A stretch of DNA of 63,460 bases, counting the filler, from Octopus bimaculoides (lineage: Eukaryota), in the NCBI RefSeq assembly GCF_001194135.2. It is 5 parts of 4 records of this genome, joined end to end, with 100 filler letters (N's around TTAATTAATTAA, not from the genome) between each part and the next. Parts side by side here need not be neighbours in the genome. Positions count along the whole stretch, not along the records: positions 1 to 16,504 come from NC_068981.1; 4 more parts are not named here. One strand, 5' to 3'. The notes below the pieces were generated by a model. The model made no database searches. It was not told the origin of the DNA and saw only the letters and a program-made list of their open reading frames with translations. The position numbers were made by a program, and so were the translations under genes. Positions 1-11,975 of the stretch are shown piece after piece (within the stretch, counting starts at the first letter, position 1; each line of letters opens with the position of its first letter).

Positions 1-190
1 TGTAAGATGTCTTTTTTATATAATATACATGTTATTATAATGGATGAAGGGATGATTATTGAATGGTTATTATTTTGATATTATGATATTTTTAATATTT
101 TTTCTATCTTTATATAATAAGTATTTCATATTAATTCATTTGGTACTTATTGTTGGTTGAGATATATATATTTAATTATTGTTCTACTTA

Positions 191-306
191 CAATCTGACG
201 AGTAGCTATATTTTTGAATAGAATTTATTTTCGATAATTTCAATTGATTTTAATCGATTTAAATTTCTTTTCTATTTGAAAATTGGTTATGAAACACGTG
301 TAATCT
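191..306 (+). ncRNA. Degenerate type I hammerhead-like motif in an AT-rich Penelope-like terminal repeat
   Basis: CTGACGA 195-201; stem II GTAGC/GTTAT with long insert; GAAA 291-294; palindromic stem III ACACGTGT then A; stem I only 2 bp. Confidence 0.4.
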
Positions 307-435
307 TTTTATTATATTTATCTTATGATATTTACTTTACTTTATATTATACTCATTTATTGTGCTTTAATTATTAATTTTTCTATATGTGATAGAATAT
401 ATTTCCCTATAAATATATTTATTAATTTATTTATA

Positions 436-956
436 TAAGGGCATTACTATACATAAATGCCTAACGCTAAGAGGGACTCTAGAAGTCAAACTACCATAAT
501 GAACACATTTTTACTGAACGGGTTTTTCCCTTATGAAGTTTTTTTGACGCTAACTACTTGATAAATTCTTACAAAGAACTTATCCTATTATTAAATTATA
601 AATAATTTGAACACATTCAGTGCTGAATTTTATTCAAAAAAAAAAACAGAAGTGCCGAAGTGCAATTCAAAAAAGTGCGCCTCTTTCATGGATATATATG
701 GATAAACAATTGTCTATGAGTGTTCGTCTGGTATGTTGAGTGTTCGTCTGGTATGTTGAGATCTGTTTATTTTTATGTGTCTTGACCATACGTGTACTGA
801 TGAGTAAAAGATGCAGATTACTGCGTTAATTACGAAATCATGATTTACCGTTAAGTTAAAAGTTTTTAGGGGGTTAGCTTTTGAGAGTTGCATTACCTCG
901 TGTTCGGTAAAATGTGTTTATTATGGTAGTTTGACTTTTAGAGTCCCTCTTAGCGA
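436..956. mobile_element. Divergent (inverted) pair of copies of a hammerhead-bearing repeat, Penelope pseudo-LTR-like
   Basis: 465-519 is the reverse complement of 902-955 (about 54 bp, 4 differences). The hammerhead lies inside the + copy. 530-600 resembles 16624-16700. Confidence 0.55.
790..851 (+). ncRNA. Type I hammerhead ribozyme motif
   Basis: Stem I ACG(t)GTA/TACCGT; core CTGATGA 797-803; stem II GTAA/TTAC extended by ATGCAG/CTGCGT; GAAA 834-837; palindromic stem III ATCATGAT; AUU cleavage triplet. Confidence 0.72.
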
Positions 957-978
957 AATCATATTTGTAATCATATAT

Positions 979-1345
979 GCAAGGGGTCCCGAAATTAAGG
1001 CAAACGATGCTTCCGATTTTAACTATCAATAAATGTGATATGAAAATCATACATTATTATAAAAGCTTAGTTTCTCTTCTTATTGTTTCAGACTAAATAA
1101 ATTTAGAATCATAAATTAGATAACGACTATAGACCGAAATACAATCATAGCCCTCCACAAAGGAGGCGAAAGTAATACAGCTACAGCAAAAAAGCTTAAA
1201 ATTAACCGAACAACAGTCTACAAAATTGTCAAGCAATATCAAGAGACTAGTTCCAACACTGATCGACCTGGACGTGGCCGAAAAAAAAAAAGTGTGCGGA
1301 CCCTTCAGATTATGAGAAGTACCAGAGAAAAGATACGGCATTCAA
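979..1345 (+). mobile_element. Tc1/mariner transposon 5' fragment (TIR-like start plus N-terminal HTH)
   Basis: 1132-1341 translates DRNTIIALHKGGESNTATAKKLKINRTTVYKIVKQYQETSSNTDRPGRGRKKKSVRT, a paired-like HTH plus GRPR-like motif. CAAGGGGTCCCGAAAT at about 980. Confidence 0.8.
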
Positions 1346-1451
1346 GTTTTCATGTCTAACCGTATTGGCAAGCAAAACTGAACTACATGAAACTTGATAG
1401 CAGACTTAAGGCAGGTATTGTTCTCCCACATATTTATACTCTCCTGAAAGA

Positions 1452-1534
1452 TGATGCAATATATTCTAAGAATTGCGTCATCACATAGAAATTTTGCATC
1501 ACCCTATAACCTAGCAGATTGAAGGTGATGCAAT
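1452..1534. promoter_or_regulatory. Cluster of four TGA(T/C)GCAA motifs (C/EBP-ATF composite-like sites, or transposon subterminal repeats)
   Basis: TGATGCAAT 1452-1460, ATTGCGTCA 1472-1480, TTTGCATCA 1493-1501, TGATGCAAT 1526-1534. Confidence 0.3.
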
Positions 1535-1674
1535 AACACACAAATTTACAGGAATATTTTCATAATTTTTCCTATTTTATCTAAAATTCAGCAAATAAAT
1601 TGAATACAATTTTATCTATTTTATATCTGATACTGCTTTTATTCTGTTTAGAATGACAAGAGGAGTGTCTGAAT

Positions 1675-1896
1675 TTAATGCGAGGGCCCAATGGACCCAT
1701 ACCGTAATTAATATATAAAGTGAAATTTTCTAGCTTTTATAAACATACAGAACATTTTCCATTTGACAAATAAAAAAGAGTCAAGAAAAAATAAGAGTCA
1801 AGAGAAATCAGTAGAATCAAATAATATAAACAGTAGGAAAAGCAACTGAAAAAACTGAAATAGGTCCATTGGACCCATTGGTTGACAGAAGGTTAA
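1675..1896. mobile_element. piggyBac-like non-autonomous element
   Basis: TTAA at both ends. Inverted subterminal GGGCCCAATGGACCCA / TAGGTCCATTGGACCC; left terminus partly eroded. Confidence 0.45.
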
Positions 1897-1914
1897 CCGA
1901 AACAAAATAGTATA

Positions 1915-2035
1915 CAGTAATCTCTCGACTATCGCGGTTGTTACGTTCCAAAACATCCCACAGAAATAATTAAAATCTAAAAAAATTTAAAATACCTCTC
2001 GGCCGCAGAAACCCGCGATATACTGAGGATTACTG
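1915..2035. mobile_element. pogo/Tigger-type MITE (121 bp)
   Basis: TIRs CAGTAATC...TATCGCGG at both ends; TA target duplication at 1913-1914 and 2036-2037. Confidence 0.75.
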
Positions 2036-2682
2036 TATTCTAAATGGAGTATACTGGCTTTTATTTTTGTTTTTTTCTAAAAGAGGATCCGCCTAAACAG
2101 CTATTTTCTCTTCCTTCGGATAGAGTTGTCCTGGTGCCTTACAATCTCAGAGACATAAAAGAAATTGTGGGATGACAACAAACTCATCTCTAAGGAAATT
2201 AATAAGATTCATAGAATGAGCTCTGTCCAATCCGGAGATCCAAATATCTTTATACAATACTACCAAAATTACTGTGTACTTTATGGTCTTCTAATATCAA
2301 ACGAAATACAACTGAACTGAAGCATTTGAGAAGGTAACTACAAAAGGAGTGAATAACATAGCAGTAATGAGATAGATATTATTTCGGAATTTCTTTCTCC
2401 TACAGAGATGTCTAAACAAAGACTAGGGATCTTTCACGCCTATCTACCAGATGGCCGTTGCCTCTAAATTCACTGTCCTTTGACAAGTTTTGCAGGGGCA
2501 TCCAATGGAAACCACTCTCCCTACCAAACCTGCCAGTTTAGTAGCCGACAGCCCGGTCATGCGACAGGTTGTACTGGGGTGTACATATACAGAGAAACAC
2601 ACACACACACACACACACACANNNNNNNNNNNNNNNNNNNTATATATACATAAGACGTATATGTGCTTATGTGTATATATAG

Positions 2683-2870
2683 CTTTTATCTTTTACTCGT
2701 TTCAGTCATTTTGACTGCGGCCATGTTGGGGCACTGCCTTGAAGGGTTTTTAGTCGAGCAAATCTACTTATTTTATCGGTCTCTTTTGCCAAGCCGCTAA
2801 ATTTCAGGGACATAAACACACCAACACCGGTTGTCAATAGGTGGTGGGGAACAAACACAGACACGCACAC
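2683..2870 (-). mobile_element. SINE family B, 3' part
   Basis: Matches 13783-13980 and 61746-62000 (GCTCCAGCATGGCCGCAGTCAAATGACTGAAAC tail). Confidence 0.8.
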
Positions 2871-3479
2871 ATATAGTCACGCCTGTGTTTGTCTTTTCTA
2901 TCGCTTCTACAATGGCCTTTATTCCTCTGAACTATTGTCTTATATATCATCTCCATGATATGTAACAAGATATCATCTCCATCTAAGTATTCTCTTCAAG
3001 ATACAACCAGTTTTTCTAAATCCTAGCACCCTTACTGCATCACCCTATTAAGTATCTTTATCCGCTGGTTCATTTCTAGAATTCCTTCACTGTTCACGTT
3101 TTCCTGTTTATTATCAGTCTTATCAGCCTTACTAATCTTCTTCCGCTTCCTCGCCATTAAGCTATAAACAACGAAAGATATTTATATTGTCGAGTAAAAG
3201 AAAAACATGAAAATTCGACATTGCCTTATGGGTACCTTTCTACGAGGAATGTGGATCAGGACTTTTTTCTTTTTTTTTTTTGCGAGGACATCTACTACTT
3301 TCGAATATAATTTACAATTTTTGTCAAGCAAAGTTAATCTTTCATGTCTTATGTACTTATGTATCATGTGATTGAAGTTGACCACTGGCTCCATGGATAC
3401 TATGATTTATTAGTGGATTAACTTTGCTTACATGCAATGAGCAGACTCAATTTGAATTTTCTAATACTTCAAGTAAAAT

Positions 3480-4260
3480 TAGAAATGTCATTTAAAATAT
3501 AATTTTTCAGCAATGTTTTCGCAACTGTCTGGCTATCCCGGGGAGATTTATCTATCAACTGATTAACGTTTCGGAAGTCTGAGATAAATATTGTAATATA
3601 TCGCTACTGTTTATAATTTACAATGATTATAAACTGTAATAAATACTGAAATCTGTTGTAGATTGAAAAAGTACTTACGTTCGTTGTAAATTATATACAT
3701 GGCATTATTTTGTTTTAGGGGCAATCTTTATTTGTAACCATACACACAGCACCTGTCTTGCTGAATTCTTAGTAGAATGTAAGTTAAACGACTCTAGTGT
3801 GGTACTTATTATATGACTAGCTCTAGACACTTCTGTACAACTGTAGTGCAATGTTACACCGTAATACTGTGTACCAAGATATGACTTGAGACGGCGCTCC
3901 TCAGTATTCTTCAGAATTTTAAGCACTAAAGTTCATTACCACGCGACAGTTCACAGTAATGTGCACATAAGTATCTGCCAAGGGAATTAATTTGGGCTGT
4001 TTTTGCCTCTAGGGTATCCTACAGTGCAATAAACATTCACCCTACTGGTCCTTGTAATTAACTTCTGTAGATCTTACTTTGTTTCTGTGAAACATTCATC
4101 TGAAACGTTGCTCTGCATCAAGCAGCGAGTTGTTCTTTTTCTTTGCAGAGTATAGATTTCAAAATTTTTGCTATCATGATGTACCAATTATTAGAATACG
4201 AAATCATTTGCTTGATAGCGTATCTGTACAAATTTCGGAATAGTTTTATATGGGAAAGAT
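3480..4260 (-). mobile_element. Decayed Penelope-like element (RT thumb to GIY-YIG region)
   Basis: Minus frames give IKLFRNLYRYAIKQMISYSNNW..KILKSILCK, KNTEERRLKS and VLCVWLQIKIAP, resembling Penelope thumb and GIY-YIG motifs. Many stops and frameshifts. Half-hammerhead TTCCGAAACGTT near 3565-3576. Confidence 0.42.
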
Positions 4261-4749
4261 AGATCACTGAAAAAATGAAATTGCGACGTGGTTTCTTTAT
4301 AAATGTTAAGTAAATTTTCTATTAAGTTTAAAACTATGTTTAACCTTTACAAAAGCTACTTCTATGTTTACAAATTAGAGATTTGATATCAGACTAGGTA
4401 ACATGTTGCATATCTTTAAGAATAATGAGAATCATTTTTCTTTTTTCTTACATTACTGAAGTTATGCTATTTTATAGATTCGTTCTGAGATAGACATCTC
4501 TTTGGTGGAGCACTTGGGTTAAGAAGTCTCTATATTTATTTTACTGACTACTAATATGATTTGGAGTACTATTTCTGAATATAAATTGTTATTTAATGCT
4601 AATACAACTTTCATGAGATGTGTGTGATCTATTGGTTAAGTATAGATGCCTTAACCATTTTTCCTATCTAGGTTATTTAACGCTTCTCTCTCTCTCTCTA
4701 TCTCTCCCTCCCCCCTCTCTCTCTCTCCCTCCCTCCCTTCCTCATGTCG

Positions 4750-5780
4750 TGTATGGAAGGCATCCCTGCAAATATATCTGACGGACATTCCTGGAGCCTA
4801 TAACAATTTGTCTTTTGTATGATAGCTTTCAGTTGCTTTCAATGATCTTTTTCAGTAATTTGAGGAAAACCAGACGTCTTCCCGTCTTAGTTTTAGTATT
4901 TATCAAGAGGATACACTTACTAATAAAAAAACAAAAACAAAATCTAACACCCAAGCTTTTCACAAATATTCGAGGTCTTTTTAATCTTTCTGTTAATTTT
5001 TCTTTTGTTCGATTTTTCCCAATACAAAATTCTCCTGAACACCAACTACAAGTACCTTCTCCAATCCCTTTTCTCCGACTTACCGGTCTACACTTAGAGT
5101 GGTACCATCCACTCTTGCCACGTACGCAAGGCATTCTAGGTGCCAGGCGTCTCGGTTTTTCCTTTACTCAGGACTTCAGCTCCGTCAAGGAGACGAGCTG
5201 CGGAAAGACGTGCCGCATAACTGGAGCTCACACGAGTTCACCGTCCATAAATCGTTACAAGTGGCGCAACGCAGAGTATGCTGGCAGCAGACCGACCACC
5301 TGGCCAATGTAACGCGTTCCTTCCACAAGAAAGTAAATAAAAGAGGTTCCAGTCTGATCAAGCAGTGACTGAGACAGGACAGGACGGTCAGATTTTAAAT
5401 GGTGACGAAATCGATGTAGGCATTCACCATCTCTACCCGACCTTTCAGGGACATCTTCCTTTCAGCACATTTCTGGGTAAGACTGGTTATTCTGTCCGTT
5501 ACCTCGCCCCAGTTCTCATCCACCTGAAGATCGGGACTGGATCAGACCCCAAGCAGTTTAACTAGTCCGTCAGTCCAGCGTCCAACGACGCTGTCCAGCA
5601 GCATTGACCTGCATCTCCAACCGCAAGCCCGCCGACTTGACAGCATTGATTTTGGCCATCCAACTGACTCATATTCCTTTAGAATGCTCAGACCTACCAT
5701 GAAGTATTCTTTACAAGCGTTTACCTTTCTCAGATATCATTCGTCAAGCCACAACATTTGACGTTGATCTCAAAGATATC
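4750..5780 (-). mobile_element. L1/Tx1-clade LINE ORF2 C-terminal pseudogene
   Basis: Minus frame VKLLGV*SSPDLQVDENWGEVTDRITSLTQKCAERKMSLKGRVEMVNAYI...LEPLLFTFLWK is typical of the Tx1 region after the RT domain. Confidence 0.85.
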
Positions 5781-5899
5781 TTTATGAACGGAGTCTATCA
5801 GATATTCATTTTTGTTCTTGCTCTTTTTTCTTTTTAACTCAGAATTATTACGGATATATATATGTTAACATTAAATTACGTATGTTCAAGAAAAAGGGC

Positions 5900-6275
5900 G
5901 ATAAGTGTCGGAGAAAATGTCTTGAAGTATTTAGCTGTGTCTATTTTTGTTCAATATTCCAATGACTCCGAAGCTCCATTTTGCTTTTCATAATTCTAAG
6001 TTCGACTAAAAACCACCTAATCCTGGAGTTCGTTTAATCCACTATTCTCATACAACATATTTGTAGATTTGTGTTCATACGTTAGAGAACATTATCGCCA
6101 ACAAATTGAATCATCAGAAAATTTAATGCATGATTTGGAGGCGGAGGTCCATTATTTTATGCCGTTTTATCATTACATTTCAAACGATGATCTCTGTCTA
6201 AAGTGCAACGTTGTATGACGCTCTTATAGTATAGGTTCTTATAACTGTACTCCGAGACGGAAACAACAACTTCAT
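5900..6275 (+). mobile_element. Decayed Penelope-like GIY-YIG region
   Basis: VREHYRQQIESSENLMHDLEAEVHYFMPFYHYISNDDLCLK resembles the Penelope HRQQI...FPFY motifs. Eroded hammerhead-like GAGACGGAAAC follows. Confidence 0.42.
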
Positions 6276-7659
6276 GTATTTATGTACACATTCAGTCCCA
6301 CGAAATATTACAATTGCTTTTTTTTATTATCTTCCCAATTTTTAATTACTACAAGTTTGGAAGGAGATACGTTTGCAACAATCATTCATTGTTATCGTTA
6401 CGAGAAGTCACAAATTATGTTGCGCTCTTACAGACTCTGTCCCTTTTTTATCTCCTGTATCGGAAGCTTTATTTTTAATCAGATTGCGTCGCAAATGTGT
6501 GGGTCGTAAGTACTCCGACTCATATTCTATACACACTCAAATGCGCATGCACACATACACACACTTTCGCTCCTATACATATAATATTGACTTCAATTTT
6601 CCTTAATCTTCGGCAGTTGGGCTTGATCCACACGTATGTGAGACATCACCTGCAATATTGGAACTACATTTATCAACAGAATCTTCGAAAAAAACCGTTA
6701 GGCCAAGTCATACTCAGTACACACATAAAACAGCAACTCTACAGCTTTTTCTGTTTATTAATAACAGGTAGTTAAATAAAACCCTAAATGTTACGACAAA
6801 TTTTACGCTTCACATCTGATCTTTGATGGTAAACAAATATCTACATTGCTTAAACTGCATTCGGAAGGCTATGCTTCTACAGACAAAGAATTTTTGATCC
6901 TGAATTAAGCGCAGAGAGAGCAGAATAGAGCATTGCTCACATTTCTGTTACTGACACAAATATTCTAAAACTCACTCATAAAAGGACACCCGACAGAGTT
7001 TTAAAAAATTCTCCAGCATTCTACAATCAACAAGTTCAACAAGAATTTTTTAATTCCTCTTTCTTCTGCCAATACTACAGCAGTTCTTGCTTTAGAAATA
7101 GCGAGTTATCCCCCCACACACACACACACACACATTATATCTTCCTAAAACATCAGCCGATTTGTTTGTTTCCTTCTTTTCTTTTTCTTTGGTGGGAGGG
7201 GTCGTCCCCACTTTATGTACCAAACTTCACACTAAATGAGGACCAAGTCATAATAGTTTTACAACCCGTATGGACGCATATTAATCCTTGGCTGGTAGAT
7301 ATAATCAGTTGCCGGGATTAACGTCACCACCTGAATCATGGATGCTTTAGTGAAGTACACACTCTTGCAAGCATTCAGCCCAGGCTTCCGGTTTGGGAAT
7401 ACCTTCTTGTTTCCTCCTCCTAACAGCATCAAAGGCCCGATGAAAACTCACGGACACTGTCCTCTCCTAACTAAAAGACAAAACACAAGTTTCCTGATCC
7501 ATATGTTTTCCCTGCAAGAAATTTATCAGCTCTTATCTATCACCTCTTAATCAAAGATTGCGTCTATATATATTTAATATCTCCATTTACATTAATAAAC
7601 GTCTTTTTGTTATATTTTTGTTATAAATACACCGCTTGCAATTTCTAGTTGGATCATGT

Positions 7660-8170
7660 GACATTTTACCTCTTACCATCAAAAGTTCACAACTTTCAAT
7701 GCTTCACTCAAATTTACAGCTAATATGAATCACGTGAATGGAAATACTCATTGCTATACGGAATAAAAGTACGGCTTAACTGAAGGAATCCAGTCTTCAG
7801 CTGTTGTCAGTAAAAGCACTGTATAATTGATGAATGTTCCGTTAATTTGGCAAGAAATCTTGTCATGGATATTTATATACCACTATTCTGAATAATCTTA
7901 GTCTGAATTGTTCCGTAACGAAAATACCTTGTGGATCACAAGTTTAAAACCTAAGCAAATGTACAGATGAATGTTTTGAAGAGAAAAAAATAAATATCTT
8001 AATGATTCTGCACTATTACTTTCTATAGCAATCAGATTGCAAGAGCTTTGTCTTCCGCTTTAATACCAGCACTGAAGCCAGTCTCTATTCACGTGGAGTT
8101 AATGAAGAGGAGAACTATGATACATAAACCATTTGTATCATTGAGAGCTCTTACGTTTCTGTTTTATTTA
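7660..8170 (+). mobile_element. Possible decayed Penelope-like endonuclease region
   Basis: Frameshifted QSSAVVS-KHCIIDEC and ELFRNENTLWITSLKP resemble the GIY-YIG C-terminus (E..L.I..LKP). Confidence 0.33.
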
Positions 8171-8532
8171 TCCGTGTAGGCCAATGCTTTATCTGGAGAA
8201 TTGAGCTTTCAGCTACAACAGACATATTCTTTCTATTTTCCCTATAGTATCGAACATTAAAACTCTACAATGCTATCGACCTCTTACACGACCCGACTGG
8301 GAACGGTCGTTAAAAAGCAAGCCAGCGTCATGTCTTCTCTGGAGACTCGCATAACAAAATTAATTTTTACCTTGACAGGTTTAAAGTACAGATTTATAAG
8401 CGTTTTTATAATTTTCTTCTGAACCTCGGAGAATCTCTCACATTCTCCATCCTCTACCTCACCCATTATTTAGTTATCTAATTCTCTCGGTATTATATAT
8501 TCTCTATATCGCTCTCGGTCTCTTTCTCTCTT

Positions 8533-8563
<31 letters not shown>

Positions 8564-8681
8564 CTCACTCACCTTCTGTCTTATTCTCTCACCACGTTTC
8601 ATCTTTATATCTTTCTCTTGCATATATATATATATATGCATGTATGTATTTCTCCTCTATGTCTCACATTCTAACTTTCTT

Positions 8682-8853
<172 letters not shown>

Positions 8854-9105
8854 ATCATTTTTCTCGCTCTTACTTTTTCTTTCGAAAGGAGACACGTTCA
8901 CACTGTTATCGCCATTTCTCTCACGCACCACCCGTTGATTCAGTCACGCAGACTCTTCCACACATTCCCCCTCTTCCCTCTCCTTGGCTCCCTTTCTCTC
9001 TTCCCCCTTCTCTCTCTGCATGTATGTACGTGTACATACATACTTATACGAAAGCATGTGTGTACATACAAATATGTGTGTACCTGTGTACATGTTACAT
9101 GTACA

Positions 9106-9145
<40 letters not shown>

Positions 9146-9236
9146 TTTCAACATCCGTATTTCAATATATTCTTCTATGTAAGGCGCGCCGCTAGCGATT
9201 CTACTAGCTCGATCTCTTAATATAGTATATTTCTTA

Positions 9237-9450
9237 GGGCGGCGAGCTGGCAGAAACGTTAGCACGCCGGTTGAAAAGCTTAGCGGTATTTCGTCTGTCT
9301 CCATGTTCGGAGTTCAAATTCGTCGAGGTCGACTTTCCCTTTCAACCTTCGGATCCATAAATTAAGTGCCAGTTGCGAACTGGTGTCGATCTAATCGACT
9401 GGCCCCTTCCCCAAAAATTTCGGGCCTTGCGCCGAGAGTAGAAAAGAATA
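9237..9450 (+). mobile_element. tRNA-derived SINE family A, full length
   Basis: GGCGGCGAGCTGGCAGAAACGTTAGC head, GAGTTCAAATT B box, AGTAGAAAAG tail; many copies in the window. Confidence 0.9.
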
Positions 9451-9593
9451 TCTATTTTTTTCTATCTGTATAATCCATGTCTACATTTTGTAATAGCACC
9501 GCCTGTGCACTCTGTCCATTACATAACTTGATATATACATGGTGTTGTGTTTTGGTTTAAGTTTTCAGAGCATTCTTTTATCTATCTATATTT

Positions 9594-9687
9594 GTGCGTG
9601 TGTATGAATATATATATATTCACACACATATACATGTATGCGTAAGTATGTATGTATGTATATATCCATACTTACATATGTGTACAT

Positions 9688-9738
<51 letters not shown>

Positions 9739-10050
9739 CATACACACACACACTCACACATATACATGTGTGTATATATGTATGTATGTACATATCCATA
9801 CTTATATATATATATATATATATATACACAGACACATATATATATATACACACATACACACAGATATATATATATATATATGTGTGTGTATCACATATAC
9901 GTACGGGTGTGTGTGTATGTGCATATTTCTATGCAAATGTATATGTATATATATATGTGTGTATGTGCGTGTGTGATACATGTGATGCATACATATATGT
10001 CTGTGTGTCTGTGTGCGCGCGCGCGTGTGAGTGTGTGCGTATGTGTGCGT
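9594..10050. repeat. Compound (TA)/(CA)/(TG)/(CG) microsatellite
   Basis: Direct reading; it is the source of the YIYI/VCVC ORFs. Confidence 0.95.
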
Positions 10051-10206
10051 AAAATTGATCACGCAGGAGCTTCTTATAACTCTCATATGTATCGCCCAGC
10101 GAATTAGTTTCACAGGTTCTATCACTTTTAGACATGCGTAATCACAAATACATTTCCCCCCTTCTCATACACTCTGTCTCACTTTTTCCCTCTCTCCCGC
10201 TCTCTT

Positions 10207-10244
<38 letters not shown>

Positions 10245-10742
10245 TCTCTCTCCCTCTCTATCACAACCTCTCCTTTTCTCTCTCCTTCTCTCTCTGTCTC
10301 TTTCTAGCTTTGGCTTTCATTCTATCTCTCTTTCTTTCACTCGTTTTTTCTCTCCTTACCACTCTTTTTTCGTCAACTACTAACGTTATGCTTAAATGTT
10401 CACCTTCAATGCACGTTACTTCACAACGCCTTAACATCTATTTATTGGAGCATTTATGCTTATCTGTCTATCTTTTTACCTTTCAATCAATCCATGGAAG
10501 CATGCTCAAAGAGCCGAAGATACTTTAGCACTACTCAGTAAGATCTTTTTCAGCTGCTCAGTTATCCATTTAAAGCTATACATGGTTATGGTACGTCTAC
10601 ACTTAAAGTTTTCATCTCTAGTTTGGAAACTCCCTTTCTTGTCCAGAATATCGGTCTGCTAGAAGCTCTCCAGAAATGTACAACCCCTTATCAGTCACCA
10701 TATCTTGAAAGTATTGCTTCTCTGTGCATTGATATGCTAAAC

Positions 10743-11072
10743 CAGTGGTTCTCAACCAGAGTCCATATGGCGCCTGAGGGTTCCTATAAGATTTTTGGGT
10801 GTCCATGCAACAAAATAATAAATTGAAGATCCACAGTAGTATTTTAAGGACCCCTGAAAAAATTTTGCTTTAGATGTATGTATTGGTATGTATTGCAAGA
10901 AATAGCTAGGGTTCTTTCTCGAACGTTTTACATAGTTCAGCTTACACACATTATTGTGTGAAAAACAAAATAGGAAATTTGAGGGGTCTTAAACATTAAA
11001 TGGCTATGGGGTCCATCAGAATAAAACTGTAATCAAAGGGGTCCATAGATAAAAAATGGTTGAGAACCCCTG
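10743..11072. mobile_element. hAT (Charlie-like) MITE
   Basis: TIRs CAGTGGTTCTCAACC / GGTTGAGAACCCCTG with subterminal GGGTCCAT repeats; TSD not clean. Confidence 0.75.
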
Positions 11073-11555
11073 CTTAAAAGTGTCGACGCCCAGTGGCTGA
11101 CTTGATAGAAGCCCACAGTATTATCTACCATCTTTCCAACAAAAACTTTGGCTACCTATTTAAATTCAAAATTTCTACCACTCGTAGATATGCATATTAA
11201 AATAATAAAAATAAAGAGCACAGCACCCACAACTTTTGGAAACATTTGTTCACACTTGGAATTGTCGAATATCTATGGTTTGGCAGTGCTACTAGTTCGA
11301 GATAAACTGTCAGCGTCCGTTGTTAACTGTCAGGAGAATGCATCCTTCAACAATTCAGTGCTTTCTGAAATTCACCAAAATTAGTCCTGACCGTTATTTT
11401 TTTATGGCACTTTTAATGTTCACTTTTCTGGCTTTTCATATTTTATTCTGTGCACTGTGCATGTACTTTTAGATCTCATTGATGTCTTTCTTTACTTACC
11501 TTATTTATGCCGCTATATGTCCTTTCTTTTGACCTTTTCCGTCGAGTTGTATTGC

Positions 11556-11712
11556 ATGCCGGACAAAATGCTTAGTGGCATTTCGTCTGTCTTTACGTTC
11601 TGAGTTCAAATCCCACATAGATCGACTTTACCTTCCATTCCATGAAATAAATACCAGTCGAACAGTGGGATCGATGTAATCGACACGCCCTCCCCATCAA
11701 AATTTCAGGTCT
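11556..11712 (+). mobile_element. SINE family A, 5'-truncated
   Basis: Aligns by eye to 9260-9425. Confidence 0.8.
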
Positions 11713-11975
11713 CCTCCTTCCTCTTCTTCTTCTTTTTCTTCTTCTTTTTCTTTATCTTTTCCTTCTTCTTCTTCTTCTTCTTCTTCTTCTTCTTCTTCTT
11801 CTTCTTCTTCTTCTTCTTCTCCTCCTCCTCCTCCTTCTCCTTCTTTTTCTTCTTCTTCTTCTTCTTCTTCTTCTTCTTCTTCTTCTTCTTCTCCTCCTCC
11901 TCCTTCTCCTTCTTCTTCTCTTTCTTTTTCTCCTCCTACTCCTCCTTCTTCTTTTTCTTCTTCTTCTTCTTCCTC
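11713..11975. repeat. (CTT)n/(CCT)n homopyrimidine tract
   Basis: Direct reading. Confidence 0.95.

Noticed and set aside
3705-3926. Sushi-like YYGVTLHYSC
   Set aside because: The remaining Cys/Trp pattern is absent; better explained as a Penelope-like remnant.
8100-8165. Eroded hammerhead ATGAAGAG...CTCTTACGTTTC
   Set aside because: Both core segments are mutated; only a short hairpin remains.
8284-8466. MGEVEDGECERF... as a first exon
   Set aside because: No recognisable homology, equally good splice signals on the opposite strand and no supporting downstream exon.
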